64,000 nucleotides of DNA, taken from contig JAHRYV010000013.1 of NCBI GenBank assembly GCA_020621965.1, positions 41-64,040 of the forward strand. Reading direction: 5' to 3'. Every line of letters starts with the position of its first letter. Within the stretch, counting starts at the first letter, position 1. Shown here piece after piece: positions 50,232 to 59,800 of the stretch. The stretch is from Curvibacter sp. (GTDB lineage Bacteria > Pseudomonadota > Gammaproteobacteria > Burkholderiales > Burkholderiaceae_C). The notes under the pieces were generated by a model, which made no database searches, was not told the DNA's origin, and was given only the letters and a program-made list of their open reading frames with translations. The translations under genes were made by a program, and so were the position numbers.

Positions 50232-51338
50232 ATGGAAAGCACCGTCAATCTGGCCGCCTGGGTCGTCTGGGGCGGCTTCGCGCTGGCCCTGGTCTTCGGC
50301 TTCGTCGCCAGCAAGACCAATTTCTGCACCATGGGCGCGATATCCGACATCGTCAACATGGAACACTGGGGCCGCATGCGCATGTGGCTGCTGGCCATCG
50401 CCGTAGCCGTGGCCGGCACCGGCCTGCTGCAGTACTTCGGCCAGATCGAGCTGGCGCGCACCGTCTACCAGCGCCCCACCCTGCCCTGGCTGTCGCTGCT
50501 GGTGGGCGGTGCGCTGTTCGGCCTGGGCATGACCATGGCCGGCGGCTGCGCCAACAAGAACCTGCTGCGCGTGGGCGGCGGCAGCATCCGCTCCTTCGTG
50601 GTGCTGACCTTCCTGGGCATCTCGGCCTACATGACACTCAAGGGCCTGTTCGCCCAGTGGCGCGCCACCCTGCTCGACCCCGTGTCCATCGACCTGGCCG
50701 CCTACGGTCTGAAGACCCAGAGCTTGCCGGACCTGCTGGCCCGCGCCACCGGCCTGCCGGCCAAGACCGCGCTGCTGCTCGTCTTCGGTGTCGTCACCCT
50801 GGGCCTGCTGGGCTTCGTCTTCAAGGACAAGCGCTTCCGCGGCAACCTCAACCAGATCGTCGGCGCGGTAGTGCTGGGCCTGATCGTCGTGCTGGCCTGG
50901 TACCTCAGCGGCCACATCGGCTACGCCGAGAACCCGGACACGCTGGAGATGACCTACTTCGGCACCAACACCCGCACGCTGGAGTCCTTCAGCTTCGTGG
51001 CGCCCACCGCCTACTCGCTGGAGCTCATGATGCTGTGGACCGACAAGTCCCTGCGCGTGACCTTCGGCATCGCCACCGCGCTGGGCGTCGTGCTGGGCGC
51101 GCTGGCCTACGCGCTGTACACCAAGACCTTCCGCCTGGAAGGTTTCGCCTCCATCACCGACCTGCGCAACCAGATCATCGGCGCCACGCTGATGGGTTTC
51201 GGCGGCGTCACGGCCATGGGCTGCACCGTGGGCCAGGGCCTCTCGGGCATCTCCACCCTGGCGCTGGGTTCCGTGCTCACGCTGACCGGCATCGTCGGCG
51301 GCTCGGTGGCCATGCTGAAGTGGCAGAACCGCGACTGA
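50232..51338 (+). CDS. YeeE/YedE (SoxT-like) sulfur-compound transporter
   Basis: NFC..GA, GGC, A.GC..GQG motifs; multiple TM. Confidence 0.9.
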   Translation: MESTVNLAAWVVWGGFALALVFGFVASKTNFCTMGAISDIVNMEHWGRMRMWLLAIAVAVAGTGLLQYFGQIELARTVYQRPTLPWLSLLVGGALFGLGMTMAGGCANKNLLRVGGGSIRSFVVLTFLGISAYMTLKGLFAQWRATLLDPVSIDLAAYGLKTQSLPDLLARATGLPAKTALLLVFGVVTLGLLGFVFKDKRFRGNLNQIVGAVVLGLIVVLAWYLSGHIGYAENPDTLEMTYFGTNTRTLESFSFVAPTAYSLELMMLWTDKSLRVTFGIATALGVVLGALAYALYTKTFRLEGFASITDLRNQIIGATLMGFGGVTAMGCTVGQGLSGISTLALGSVLTLTGIVGGSVAMLKWQNRD

Positions 51339-51356
51339 CTCGTCAGGCGCCACCAG

Positions 51357-51388
51357 AAAAAACGGGCACCGAAGTGCCCGTTTTTTTT
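51357..51388. terminator. Bidirectional terminator between yeeE and qNor
   Basis: A6-CGGGCAC-CGAA-GTGCCCG-T8. Confidence 0.88.
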
Positions 51389-51402
51389 CAGCGCCTGTCG
51401 CT

Positions 51403-53682
51403 TCAGCCTTCCTGCAGGCTGGCCTGCGATGCCCGCTTCGGCTGGGGACGCGGGTCGCCCTTCAAGAGGCGCAGCGCGAACCAGGCCAGGAAGCCGATGC
51501 CGATGGCAAAGACCACATCACCCGGCACGCGCAGCCACACCATGGTCTCCATGAACGGCGAGTGGATGATCTCGGCCGAGCGCGCGAACCACATGCCCTG
51601 GCTGATGCTGGCCCAGGCTTGGTAGATGCCGGCCGGCACCAGCGACATGAACACCATCATGGCCAGGCCGATGTTGAGCAGCCAGAACGCGATCTGCAGC
51701 AGCCGGTCCGACCAGGCGGCACGGGCCGACAGCCCGCGCAGGCAGAACAGCAGCAGGCCGATGCCCAGCATGCCGTAGACACCGAACAGCGCGGCGTGGC
51801 CGTGGGCCGCCGTCATGTTCAGGCCCTGCATGTAATACAGCGCGATCGGCGTGTTGATCGAGAAGCCCAGCAGGCCCGCGCCCACCAGGTTCCAGAAGCC
51901 CACGGCCAGGAAACACAGGATGGGCCACTTGTAGGCCTGCACCCAGGGCGCGGCCCGGGTGTGGCGGTAGGTGCGGTAGGCGTCGAAGCCGATCATGGCC
52001 AGCGGCACCACCTCCAGCGCCGAGAACATGGCGCCGATGGCGATCACGAAGGTCGGCGTGCCGGTGAAGTACAGGTGGTGCAAGGTGCCCAGGATGCCGC
52101 CGAACAGGAAGACGATGGTCTCCATCACGATGGCGCTGTTGGCCGTGCTGGCGCGCACCAGGCCCAGGCGCGTGAACAGCAGCGCGATCACGGCGGTGGC
52201 GAACACTTCGAAGAAACCCTCCACCCACAGGTGCACCAACCACCAGCGCCAGTATTCGATCATGGCGTAGTGCGTGTGCTTGCCCCAGGTCAGCGAGGTG
52301 GCGTAGAAGCCGCCGATGCACAGCGCCGACAGGAAGACCATGGCGATCAGGCCGCGGCTCTCCGACGGTTTCTTCAGCGCCGGCCACAGGCCGCGCGACA
52401 GCAGCAACACCCAGAACAACAGGCCGACAAAAAGCAGCACCTGCCAGACGCGGCCCATGCTGGTGAATTCCAGGCCCTGGTTGCCGATCCAGAAGCTGTA
52501 GTTGGTGCCCTGGTTCTGCAGGGTGCCGAGCCAGCCCGTGACCGTGGAGCCGGCCACGATGAACAGCAAGGCATAAAACAGCACGTCCACGCCGAGTTTC
52601 TGGAACTTCGGTTCGTGGCCCGAGATCGCGGGGGCGATGTACAGGCCGGTGGCCAGCCAGGCGGTGGCGATCCACAACACGGCGAACTGCGTGTGCAGGG
52701 TACGGCTCACCGTGAAGGGCAGCACCTGCGCCAGCGGGATGCCGAAGAAGCTCTGCCCCTCCACCGCATAGTGCGCGGTGATGACCCCCATGCCCACCTG
52801 CGCCAAGATGAGCGCGATGACCACGTAGAAGTACTTGCGCGTGGCCTTCATGGACGGTGTGGGCTTGAGGTCGAACAGCGGGTCGGACTTGGGCGGCACC
52901 GGGTCGCCCTCTTCCCTGCCCCTGGAATGGAAGAAGATCATGGCGCCGATGGCGGCGATCATCAGGATCACGCTGGCGATGGACCAGATGCCGGTGCCGG
53001 CGGTGGGCGTGTTGCCCACCAGCGGCTCGTGCGGCCAGTTGCTGGTGTAGCTCAGGTTGGCCTCGCCCGGGCGGTCGGTCGCCGCCGACCAGGCCGACCA
53101 GAAGATGAAGGCCGGCAGCGCCTGCAGGTCCGCCGGGTCGCTCAGGCGGCCGGCGCTCATGGCGTACTGCTCACGCAGCGCATCGAAGGCCGGGTCGGTG
53201 CCGAACAAGCTACGGTAGTGCTGGCTCACCTGCGCCACCGCCGCCGCGCGCTCGGGCGTCAGCGTGATCACGCCGGTGCGCGTGTCGTAGCTGTTCTGCC
53301 GCATCTCCGCCTTGAGCCGCCCGTCGAGCTCGGCCTGCTGGCCGATGCTGAGCTGCTCGTAGTCCTTGCCGTGCTGGTTGTGCGCCCAGAGGGTGCGCAG
53401 GGCCAGGGCCTCGCGATGCAGCCAATCGGCCGACCAGTCCGGCGCCAGGTAGCTGCCGTGTCCCCAGACGGAGCCCAGCTGCTGGCCGCCGGCGGCCAGC
53501 CAGGCCTCCTGCCCGCGCTGCACCTGGCCCTCGGAGAACAGGACGTCGCCCCGGGCGCTGAGCACCTGTTTGGGAATGGGAGGTGCGGAGAGATAGATCT
53601 CGGTTCCGACCCAGCCCAGGACCGCGAAGGACATCGCACAGATGATGGCCAGCCAGGTCCATAGCTTGCGTGTTGCGCGCAT
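51403..53682 (-). CDS. norZ: Quinol-dependent nitric oxide reductase (qNor)
   Basis: WGHGSY.APDW, WW.VHLWVEGFFE, GT.HH.YF, HGHAALFG. Confidence 0.95.
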   Translation of the reverse strand: MRATRKLWTWLAIICAMSFAVLGWVGTEIYLSAPPIPKQVLSARGDVLFSEGQVQRGQEAWLAAGGQQLGSVWGHGSYLAPDWSADWLHREALALRTLWAHNQHGKDYEQLSIGQQAELDGRLKAEMRQNSYDTRTGVITLTPERAAAVAQVSQHYRSLFGTDPAFDALREQYAMSAGRLSDPADLQALPAFIFWSAWSAATDRPGEANLSYTSNWPHEPLVGNTPTAGTGIWSIASVILMIAAIGAMIFFHSRGREEGDPVPPKSDPLFDLKPTPSMKATRKYFYVVIALILAQVGMGVITAHYAVEGQSFFGIPLAQVLPFTVSRTLHTQFAVLWIATAWLATGLYIAPAISGHEPKFQKLGVDVLFYALLFIVAGSTVTGWLGTLQNQGTNYSFWIGNQGLEFTSMGRVWQVLLFVGLLFWVLLLSRGLWPALKKPSESRGLIAMVFLSALCIGGFYATSLTWGKHTHYAMIEYWRWWLVHLWVEGFFEVFATAVIALLFTRLGLVRASTANSAIVMETIVFLFGGILGTLHHLYFTGTPTFVIAIGAMFSALEVVPLAMIGFDAYRTYRHTRAAPWVQAYKWPILCFLAVGFWNLVGAGLLGFSINTPIALYYMQGLNMTAAHGHAALFGVYGMLGIGLLLFCLRGLSARAAWSDRLLQIAFWLLNIGLAMMVFMSLVPAGIYQAWASISQGMWFARSAEIIHSPFMETMVWLRVPGDVVFAIGIGFLAWFALRLLKGDPRPQPKRASQASLQEG

Positions 53683-53757
53683 GAGATGAATTCCTTTTGT
53701 TTGAAGTAGATATGTCATGGCGCGGCACCGAAGCCTCGATTCGTGTGTCACCCCATA

Positions 53758-53780
53758 AAGATGTACTTTATATAGATCTT
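53758..53780. promoter_or_regulatory. NsrR-type operator upstream of qNor
   Basis: AAGATGTACTT-T-ATATAGATCTT, 11-1-11 imperfect palindrome. Confidence 0.75.
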
Positions 53781-53860
53781 CAAAACCTGACAAGCAAAAG
53801 GCCTGATCGCGCGAGGTGATTGCGCCCGTTTCAGCCGGCGCGACAGGCGGCGGCGACCCC

Positions 53861-53888
53861 AAAAAAAACGGGCACCGAGGTGCCAGTT
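53861..53888 (-). terminator. Terminator after the DnrO-like gene; near-copy of the 51357 terminator
   Basis: minus strand AACTGGCAC-CTCG-GTGCCCG-T8. Confidence 0.6.
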
Positions 53889-53941
53889 CTACCATGGCGC
53901 CGGCACCGTCCGCCGGGCTGATCGCCTGCGCCTGCTCGCGC

Positions 53942-54424
53942 CTACTTCAGGGTCTTCCACTGCGGATCGTCGAAGTAATAACCGTACTTATTCAGGGCGC
54001 CGAGCGCCTTGCGCGCCGCCACCGCCTGCGAACCCTTGTGTTTGCCCTGCATGACTTCCGCTGCGCCCAGCAGGTCGGCGATCACCAGATGCAGCATGGC
54101 ATCGGCCTTGGGCTCCAGCTTGCACTGGGCCACGATGGTGCCGACCTCGGCGTTGATCGTGTCGCCCAGCGCCTGATACTCCTCGGCCGTCAGCTTGCCC
54201 TTGCGCACGGCCCCCAGCTTCTCGGCCATGCTGGCGCGCATGACCGCCATGCTCTGGCGCAGCGGCGCGTCGGTCTCCCACTTCTTGCCCTGGTTGAGCT
54301 GCAGCCGGGTCGGGCCGTGGGCCGCTTCCTCGGCTTGCCCGTGCTCGGCCGCCTGGACGGCGCCCCCGGCCACGAACAAGGCCAGGCTGAAGAACGCGGC
54401 CAGTAGACGATGTGCTGACTTCAT
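53942..54424 (-). CDS. DnrO-like periplasmic protein
   Basis: signal peptide; LN.GKKW.TDAPLR..M, CKLEP.ADA.LH, YF..P.W. Confidence 0.7.
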   Translation of the reverse strand: MKSAHRLLAAFFSLALFVAGGAVQAAEHGQAEEAAHGPTRLQLNQGKKWETDAPLRQSMAVMRASMAEKLGAVRKGKLTAEEYQALGDTINAEVGTIVAQCKLEPKADAMLHLVIADLLGAAEVMQGKHKGSQAVAARKALGALNKYGYYFDDPQWKTLK

Positions 54425-54481
54425 GATGACTCCTGTGAGGTTGGACATGCACACGACAAGTCCCGGGTGGGGCAGTCGCGT

Positions 54482-54504
54482 AACATGCAGAGAATATATA
54501 TCTT
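54482..54504. promoter_or_regulatory. Second NsrR-type operator
   Basis: AACATGCAGAG-A-ATATATATCTT. Confidence 0.6.
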
Positions 54505-54575
54505 TAATGCAGGCATGGGAATGCCGGCCGGCACCCGCTGCGCGCATGCTGCTTCGGATTGGCGACAATGCGGCC

Positions 54576-56183
54576 ATGACGAACCTGGCGCCCCACCCGG
54601 GCCAACGACCCAGCTGCTGGAGCCACCTGCTGCTCGTCGCGGCTTACCTGCTGCTGTATGTACTGCTGGACTGGGTGAGTTACATCCGGCCGCTGCAGGG
54701 CTTCAACATCACGCCCTGGAACCCCCAGCCGGCCCTGGCCATCGCCTTGCTGCTCTGGTCGCGGCAACGGCTGTGGCTGGTATGGCTGGGTCTGCTGACC
54801 GCTGAATTCGTGGTGCGCGGTGTGCCGGACAACGGCTGGTCCGTGCTCACCGCCTCGCTGGCGCAAAGCTGGATCTTTGCCGGCCTGGCCCTCGCCCTGA
54901 CCCGCACGCTCGGCCCCCGGCCGGACATCGGAACGCTGCGCAATCTGGCATGGTTCACCGGCATTGCCGCCCTGGGCGCCCTGCTCTCGGCCGTGACCTA
55001 TGTGGCGGCCTATGCGGCGCCGGACCTGGGCACGGCCGGCGCCATCGGCGAGGCCATCGCGCGCTACTGGGTCGGCGATCTGGTCGGGCTGCTGGTGACG
55101 CTGCCGATGTTCCTGATCCTCATCGATGCGCAGCGCCGTCGTGCGCTGTTCGCCACCCTGCGCTCACCCTACTGGCTGTTGTTCATCGCCCTCATCGGCC
55201 TGTTGCTGTGGGCCCTGCTGGGCCACGGCGGCGGCATCTACCTGCGCTTTTTCTACCTGCTGTTCATTCCCATCGTTTTTGCCTCGACGCGCCTGGGCAC
55301 GCTGGGTGCCGTGCTGGCCGCCAGCCTGACCCAGCCGGCCCTCATCGTCGCCGTGCAGACCTACCCGCAGCCCGACCTGGCGGTGTTCGAGCTGCAGCTC
55401 CTGATGGCAGCCATCACCATGACGGGCCTGCTGGTGGGCGTGCTGGTCGACGAAAGGTCGCGCACCGCCGAGGCCCTGCGCGAGACCATGCGGCTGGCCA
55501 CCGCCGGGCAGATGGCTGCCGCGCTGGCACATGAGCTCAGCCAGCCCCTGACGGCGCTGAACAACTACGCCCAGGCCTGCCAGCTGCTGGTCCAGGACGC
55601 GCACGGCCTGGACCCACAGCGCCGCGCCCAGCTCGACACGGTGACCCGGCACATCGTCAGCGACACCGGCCGCGCCCGCGACGTCGTCAAGCGGCTGCGC
55701 GACTTCTTCCGCACCGGCGCCCTGCAGCTGCAGCCCGGCGCCCTGGCGGAGGTGGTGCAGGCCGCGGTCGCCGCCCATCGCCCGCATGCCGCGCTCGAAG
55801 GCATCGAGCTGCGCACGGCCGTCGACGCGGCCCTGCCGGTCACGCTGATGGACCCGGTGCAGATCGGCATCGTGCTGCGCAATCTCATCGACAACGGACT
55901 GCACGCCGCCGCCGCCAGCGCAGGCCCGCGCTGGGTCGAAGTCAGCGCGGACCGCACGGACGAGCATCTGCTGGTGCAGGTGCGCGACAGCGGCCCGGGC
56001 ATCGAGGCAGCGCGCCTGCCCCAGCTGTTCGAGGCCGGCAGCACCGACAAACCCGGCGGCATGGGCATCGGGCTGGGCATCTGCCGCGCCATCGTCGAGG
56101 CGCACGGCGGCCGGCTGTGGGTGCCGGCCGCAGGCCAGGGCCATTTTTGCTTTACGCTGCCCCTGGCCGAGCGCCCAGCGTAG
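54576..56183 (+). CDS. MASE1-domain sensor histidine kinase
   Basis: TPWNP, YWVGD..G TM region; AHELSQPL, NLIDN, DSGPG, GMGIGL. Confidence 0.9.
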   Translation: MTNLAPHPGQRPSCWSHLLLVAAYLLLYVLLDWVSYIRPLQGFNITPWNPQPALAIALLLWSRQRLWLVWLGLLTAEFVVRGVPDNGWSVLTASLAQSWIFAGLALALTRTLGPRPDIGTLRNLAWFTGIAALGALLSAVTYVAAYAAPDLGTAGAIGEAIARYWVGDLVGLLVTLPMFLILIDAQRRRALFATLRSPYWLLFIALIGLLLWALLGHGGGIYLRFFYLLFIPIVFASTRLGTLGAVLAASLTQPALIVAVQTYPQPDLAVFELQLLMAAITMTGLLVGVLVDERSRTAEALRETMRLATAGQMAAALAHELSQPLTALNNYAQACQLLVQDAHGLDPQRRAQLDTVTRHIVSDTGRARDVVKRLRDFFRTGALQLQPGALAEVVQAAVAAHRPHAALEGIELRTAVDAALPVTLMDPVQIGIVLRNLIDNGLHAAAASAGPRWVEVSADRTDEHLLVQVRDSGPGIEAARLPQLFEAGSTDKPGGMGIGLGICRAIVEAHGGRLWVPAAGQGHFCFTLPLAERPA

Positions 56184-56194
56184 AGAATCAGCAC

Positions 56195-56788
56195 ATGCCG
56201 AAAAAGACCATCTACATCGTCGACGACGACGCCTCCGTGCGCGACTCGCTGGCCCTGCTGCTGAGCCTGCGCGGTTATGCCACGCTGGTCTTCGCCAATG
56301 CCGAGGACTTCCTGGGCGCGCTGCGCCCGGACTGGAGCGGCTGCGTGGTGGCCGACATCCGCATGCCCGGCATGTCCGGGCTGGAGCTGCAGGCGCGCCT
56401 GCAGCAGCACGCGCCGGCGCTGCCGGTGATCGTGATCACCGCGCACGGCGACGTTACGGCCGCGCGCCAAGCCTTTCTGGCCCAGGCGGTGGACTTCATC
56501 GAAAAGCCGTTCGACGCCGACCAGCTCATCGCCGCCATTGAGCGCGCGCTCGCCGGCCAGCCGGCGCCAGGCATCCCGGCGCCGGCCGCGCGCGGCCGCG
56601 GCGAGCTGACCGAGCGCGAGCGTGAGGTGATGCAGTTGCTGATCCAGGGCGTGCACAACCGCCACATCGCCGAGCAGCTGGGCATCAGCCCGCGCACCGT
56701 CGAAGTGCACCGCGCGCGTGTGCTGCACAAGGTGGGCGCCGGCAGCGTCATCGAACTGGCCCGCCTGGCCGACCAGGGCAAGATCTGA
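56195..56788 (+). CDS. FixJ-family response regulator
   Basis: VDDDASVR, DIRMPGMSG, TAHGD, RTVEVHR. Confidence 0.92.
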   Translation: MPKKTIYIVDDDASVRDSLALLLSLRGYATLVFANAEDFLGALRPDWSGCVVADIRMPGMSGLELQARLQQHAPALPVIVITAHGDVTAARQAFLAQAVDFIEKPFDADQLIAAIERALAGQPAPGIPAPAARGRGELTEREREVMQLLIQGVHNRHIAEQLGISPRTVEVHRARVLHKVGAGSVIELARLADQGKI

Positions 56789-56941
56789 GGCGCAGACCGC
56801 TACGTACGTAGCAACCGTAAGGCCGCCCACGAATATCCAGCCGCGCGCCGGGCCGATACGCTAGACCCTTTTCGGGGTCGACGCGTTGTTGTTCCAGGCC
56901 TACCGCCATCCATCCGGCCCGCTTGCGCGAGGAAGCGGCTC

Positions 56942-57259
56942 ATGAACAGACTGTGGCAGACGGTACTGCCCGAGTTGCGCCGTTTCCCCACCGGCGAACA
57001 GCCGCGGGCGCTGCGCCTGGCGCGCGCGAGCCGGCTGGAGTCGCTGGAGCTGTTCCTGCTGGCCATCTGGCTGGTGCTGGTGACGGCCCTGGTGCGCACC
57101 ATGGTCAACGGCGCACCCGAGGCCGAACGTGTGGCCTACAGCCTGGTCATCAACGTCGTCGTCACCGTGCCGCTGCTGCTGGCGGTTTTCCTTCCCATCC
57201 ACATCCGTCGCCTGCGCAGGGGCCTGCGCGCGCAACTCGAAGAGCGGAGCACCTCTTGA
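56942..57259 (+). CDS. Small two-TM hypothetical protein
   Basis: 105 aa with two hydrophobic helices, just upstream of the antiporter gene. Confidence 0.55.
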   Translation: MNRLWQTVLPELRRFPTGEQPRALRLARASRLESLELFLLAIWLVLVTALVRTMVNGAPEAERVAYSLVINVVVTVPLLLAVFLPIHIRRLRRGLRAQLEERSTS

Positions 57260-57264
57260 TCAGC

Positions 57265-58509
57265 ATGGAATTCGTCGCCGCCGGCCTCTTCGGCGTGGCG
57301 CTGGTACACACCTTCTCGACCAAATACTTCGAGCGCCTGGCGCACCGGCGGCCGGCCCATGCCGGCTTCTGGCACCTGCTGGGCGAGGTGGAGGTGGTCT
57401 TCGGCTTCTGGGCCATGGTCATGCTGGTGGCCATGGCGCTGCTGCAGGGTACGGGCACGGCCACGCGTTACCTCGACACGCGCAACTTCACCGAGCCCAT
57501 GTTCGTCTTCGCCATCATGGTGGTGGCCGGCAGCCGGGCCATCCTGCAGCTGTGCGCCGGCCTGGTGGAGTTGATCGCGCGTTTCGTTCCGCTGCGCGGC
57601 GCCATGGCCTACTACTTCGTGGTGCTGAGCTTCGTTCCGCTGCTGGGCTCGCTGATCACCGAACCCGCGGCCATGACGTTGGCCGCGCTGATGCTGCGCG
57701 ACCGCATCTTCGTGGCCGCGGCCTCCACCCGCTTCAAGTACGCCACCCTGGGCGTGCTCTTCGTCAACGTCTCCATCGGCGGCACGCTGACTTCCTTCGC
57801 CGCGCCGCCCGTGCTCATGGTCGCCGCCGCCTGGGACTGGGATAGCTGGTTCATGCTGACCCACTTCGGCTGGAAAGCCGCCGTCGCCGTGCTGGTCAAC
57901 ACCCTGGTCACCACGCTGATCTTCCGGCGTGAAGTCGCGCGCAGCGCGCCGGCGCCCGCAGGCCGGCAGCGCGCACGTGTGCCGGCCTGGGTGGTCGCGG
58001 TGCACCTGTTCTTCCTGGCCGGAGTGGTGGCCTTCGCGCACCATCCGGCCGTGTTCATGGGCCTGTTCCTCTTTTTCATGGGTTTTGTCTCGGCCTATCC
58101 GCAGCACCAGGACCGCCTGATCCTGCGCGAGGGCCTGCTGGTCGCCTTCTTCCTCGCCGGCCTGGTGGTGCTGGGCGGGCAGCAGCAGTGGTGGCTGGCG
58201 CCGCTGCTGCAGGGCATGGACGCCACCACCGTGTACTTCGGCGCCACGGCGCTGACCGCCGTCACCGACAACGCCGCCCTCACCTACCTGGGCTCGCTGG
58301 TCGAGGGCCTGAGCCCCGAATTCAAGTACTCGCTGGTGGCCGGCGCCGTCACCGGCGGCGGCCTGACCGTGATCGCCAACGCGCCCAACCCGGCCGGCTT
58401 TGCCATCCTGCGCGGCAAGTTCGAGGACGAGGCCATCCATCCCCTGGGCCTGCTCATCGCCGCCCTGCCGGCCACGCTGACCGCCGTCCTCGCCTTCCGC
58501 CTGCTTTGA
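57265..58509 (+). CDS. Putative Na+/H+ antiporter (DUF1504 family)
   Basis: LGEVE.VFG.W, ITEPAAMT, TDNAALTYL, GGGLTVIANAPNPAG. Confidence 0.85.
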   Translation: MEFVAAGLFGVALVHTFSTKYFERLAHRRPAHAGFWHLLGEVEVVFGFWAMVMLVAMALLQGTGTATRYLDTRNFTEPMFVFAIMVVAGSRAILQLCAGLVELIARFVPLRGAMAYYFVVLSFVPLLGSLITEPAAMTLAALMLRDRIFVAAASTRFKYATLGVLFVNVSIGGTLTSFAAPPVLMVAAAWDWDSWFMLTHFGWKAAVAVLVNTLVTTLIFRREVARSAPAPAGRQRARVPAWVVAVHLFFLAGVVAFAHHPAVFMGLFLFFMGFVSAYPQHQDRLILREGLLVAFFLAGLVVLGGQQQWWLAPLLQGMDATTVYFGATALTAVTDNAALTYLGSLVEGLSPEFKYSLVAGAVTGGGLTVIANAPNPAGFAILRGKFEDEAIHPLGLLIAALPATLTAVLAFRLL

Positions 58510-58579
58510 CCGGCTCACGTCCGCGCCGCCCCGGCGGCACCGCGCGCCGGGACACCGGTTGCGCGGATGGGACAGGGCG

Positions 58580-59575
58580 TCAGCCGCCCGCGACGAACTG
58601 CAGCAGCACGTTCAGGCAGTACAGGGCCAGCAGCGCCACGGCGGCCGGGCGGCCCAGCAGGAGCCGGGACGACGGCCGTCGCGGCAGTGCCAGCATGACG
58701 ATCACGCTCATCACGCAGGCGATCAGCGCCGACAGCGCATGCATCGACGAGACCTGCCGGTACAGGTTGCCCGGACGGTAGGCGAAGTCGTCGATGGCAA
58801 GGATGAGCATGTCGAACAGATTGCTGCCGAGCAGGTTGCCCAGGACCATGCCCATTGCCCCGATGCGTACCGCCCCCAGGGTGGTGGCAAGTTCGGGTAC
58901 CGATGTCGCCAGCGAGATGAACAGGATTCCCACCAGGGTGTCGGACCACCCCATGAGCGCGGCCAGCTCCACGCCTATGAGCGGAAGCCAGATACCGCTG
59001 CCGACGATGGCGATGGACGCAAACACGTAGCCGGTGAGCGCCGACTTCAAGGTCATGGTCCCGGGTGCGGGCGCCTTTTCAACCGGCTGTCCTTGCTCGG
59101 CCAGGTACAGGGTCCGCATGGCCAGGGCGTACAGCGCCACGATCAGCAAGCTACCCCAGCTGACGTGCCCGATGACGGCCAGGTCGCCCAATGCGGGCAG
59201 CACCAGGGCCGCGACCACCAGCAGCACCGCCCCCCAGCCGGCGGCCAGCATGTGCTGACGGCTGGCGACCGCAGGCATCGACTCCGGGCGCCAGAGGATG
59301 CCCACCAGGCCCAGAATGGCCAGGTTGAATACACAACTGCCCACAACATCGCCGATGGCGATCCCGGGCGAGGAAGCGATGGTGACGGCACTCAGCCCGG
59401 TGACCAGTTCCGGCAAGGACGTGACCGTCGCCACCAGGATCACGCCGATCCAGCTGCGTGACAGGCCGGTCCGCGCGGCAATGGCATCGCCATAGCGGAT
59501 CAGGTACAGGCCGGCGTATCCGATCACGACCACGCAGACGGCGAACTGGCCCCAGATCAGCAGGTGAGGGTTCAT
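58580..59575 (-). CDS. Na+/Ca2+ antiporter family (CaCA) protein
   Basis: two alpha-repeats TSLPE...GS.VFN and TSVPE...GSNLF. Confidence 0.88.
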   Translation of the reverse strand: MNPHLLIWGQFAVCVVVIGYAGLYLIRYGDAIAARTGLSRSWIGVILVATVTSLPELVTGLSAVTIASSPGIAIGDVVGSCVFNLAILGLVGILWRPESMPAVASRQHMLAAGWGAVLLVVAALVLPALGDLAVIGHVSWGSLLIVALYALAMRTLYLAEQGQPVEKAPAPGTMTLKSALTGYVFASIAIVGSGIWLPLIGVELAALMGWSDTLVGILFISLATSVPELATTLGAVRIGAMGMVLGNLLGSNLFDMLILAIDDFAYRPGNLYRQVSSMHALSALIACVMSVIVMLALPRRPSSRLLLGRPAAVALLALYCLNVLLQFVAGG

Positions 59576-59751
59576 GTGCAGTTTCGAATCCGGTACGTCA
59601 TGCCGGCGGCTCGGCTGCATCGCCGGGGATCAGCCGCCTGCGGGCATCGGGTGGATGCCTGCGAGTTTAGCCGCGGTATATGGCAAAGGCCGTTCCGGGC
59701 AACACAACGCACCGCGCGACACGACGAACGCACGGCGGCGCAGCGCTCAGG

Positions 59752-59780
59752 AAAAAGCCGCGCGGCGCGCGGCTTTTTTT
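59752..59780. terminator. Intrinsic terminator (bidirectional form)
   Basis: A5-GCCGCGC...GCGCGGC-T7. Confidence 0.8.
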
Positions 59781-59800
59781 CGGGACAGGCCGTTGAACGC

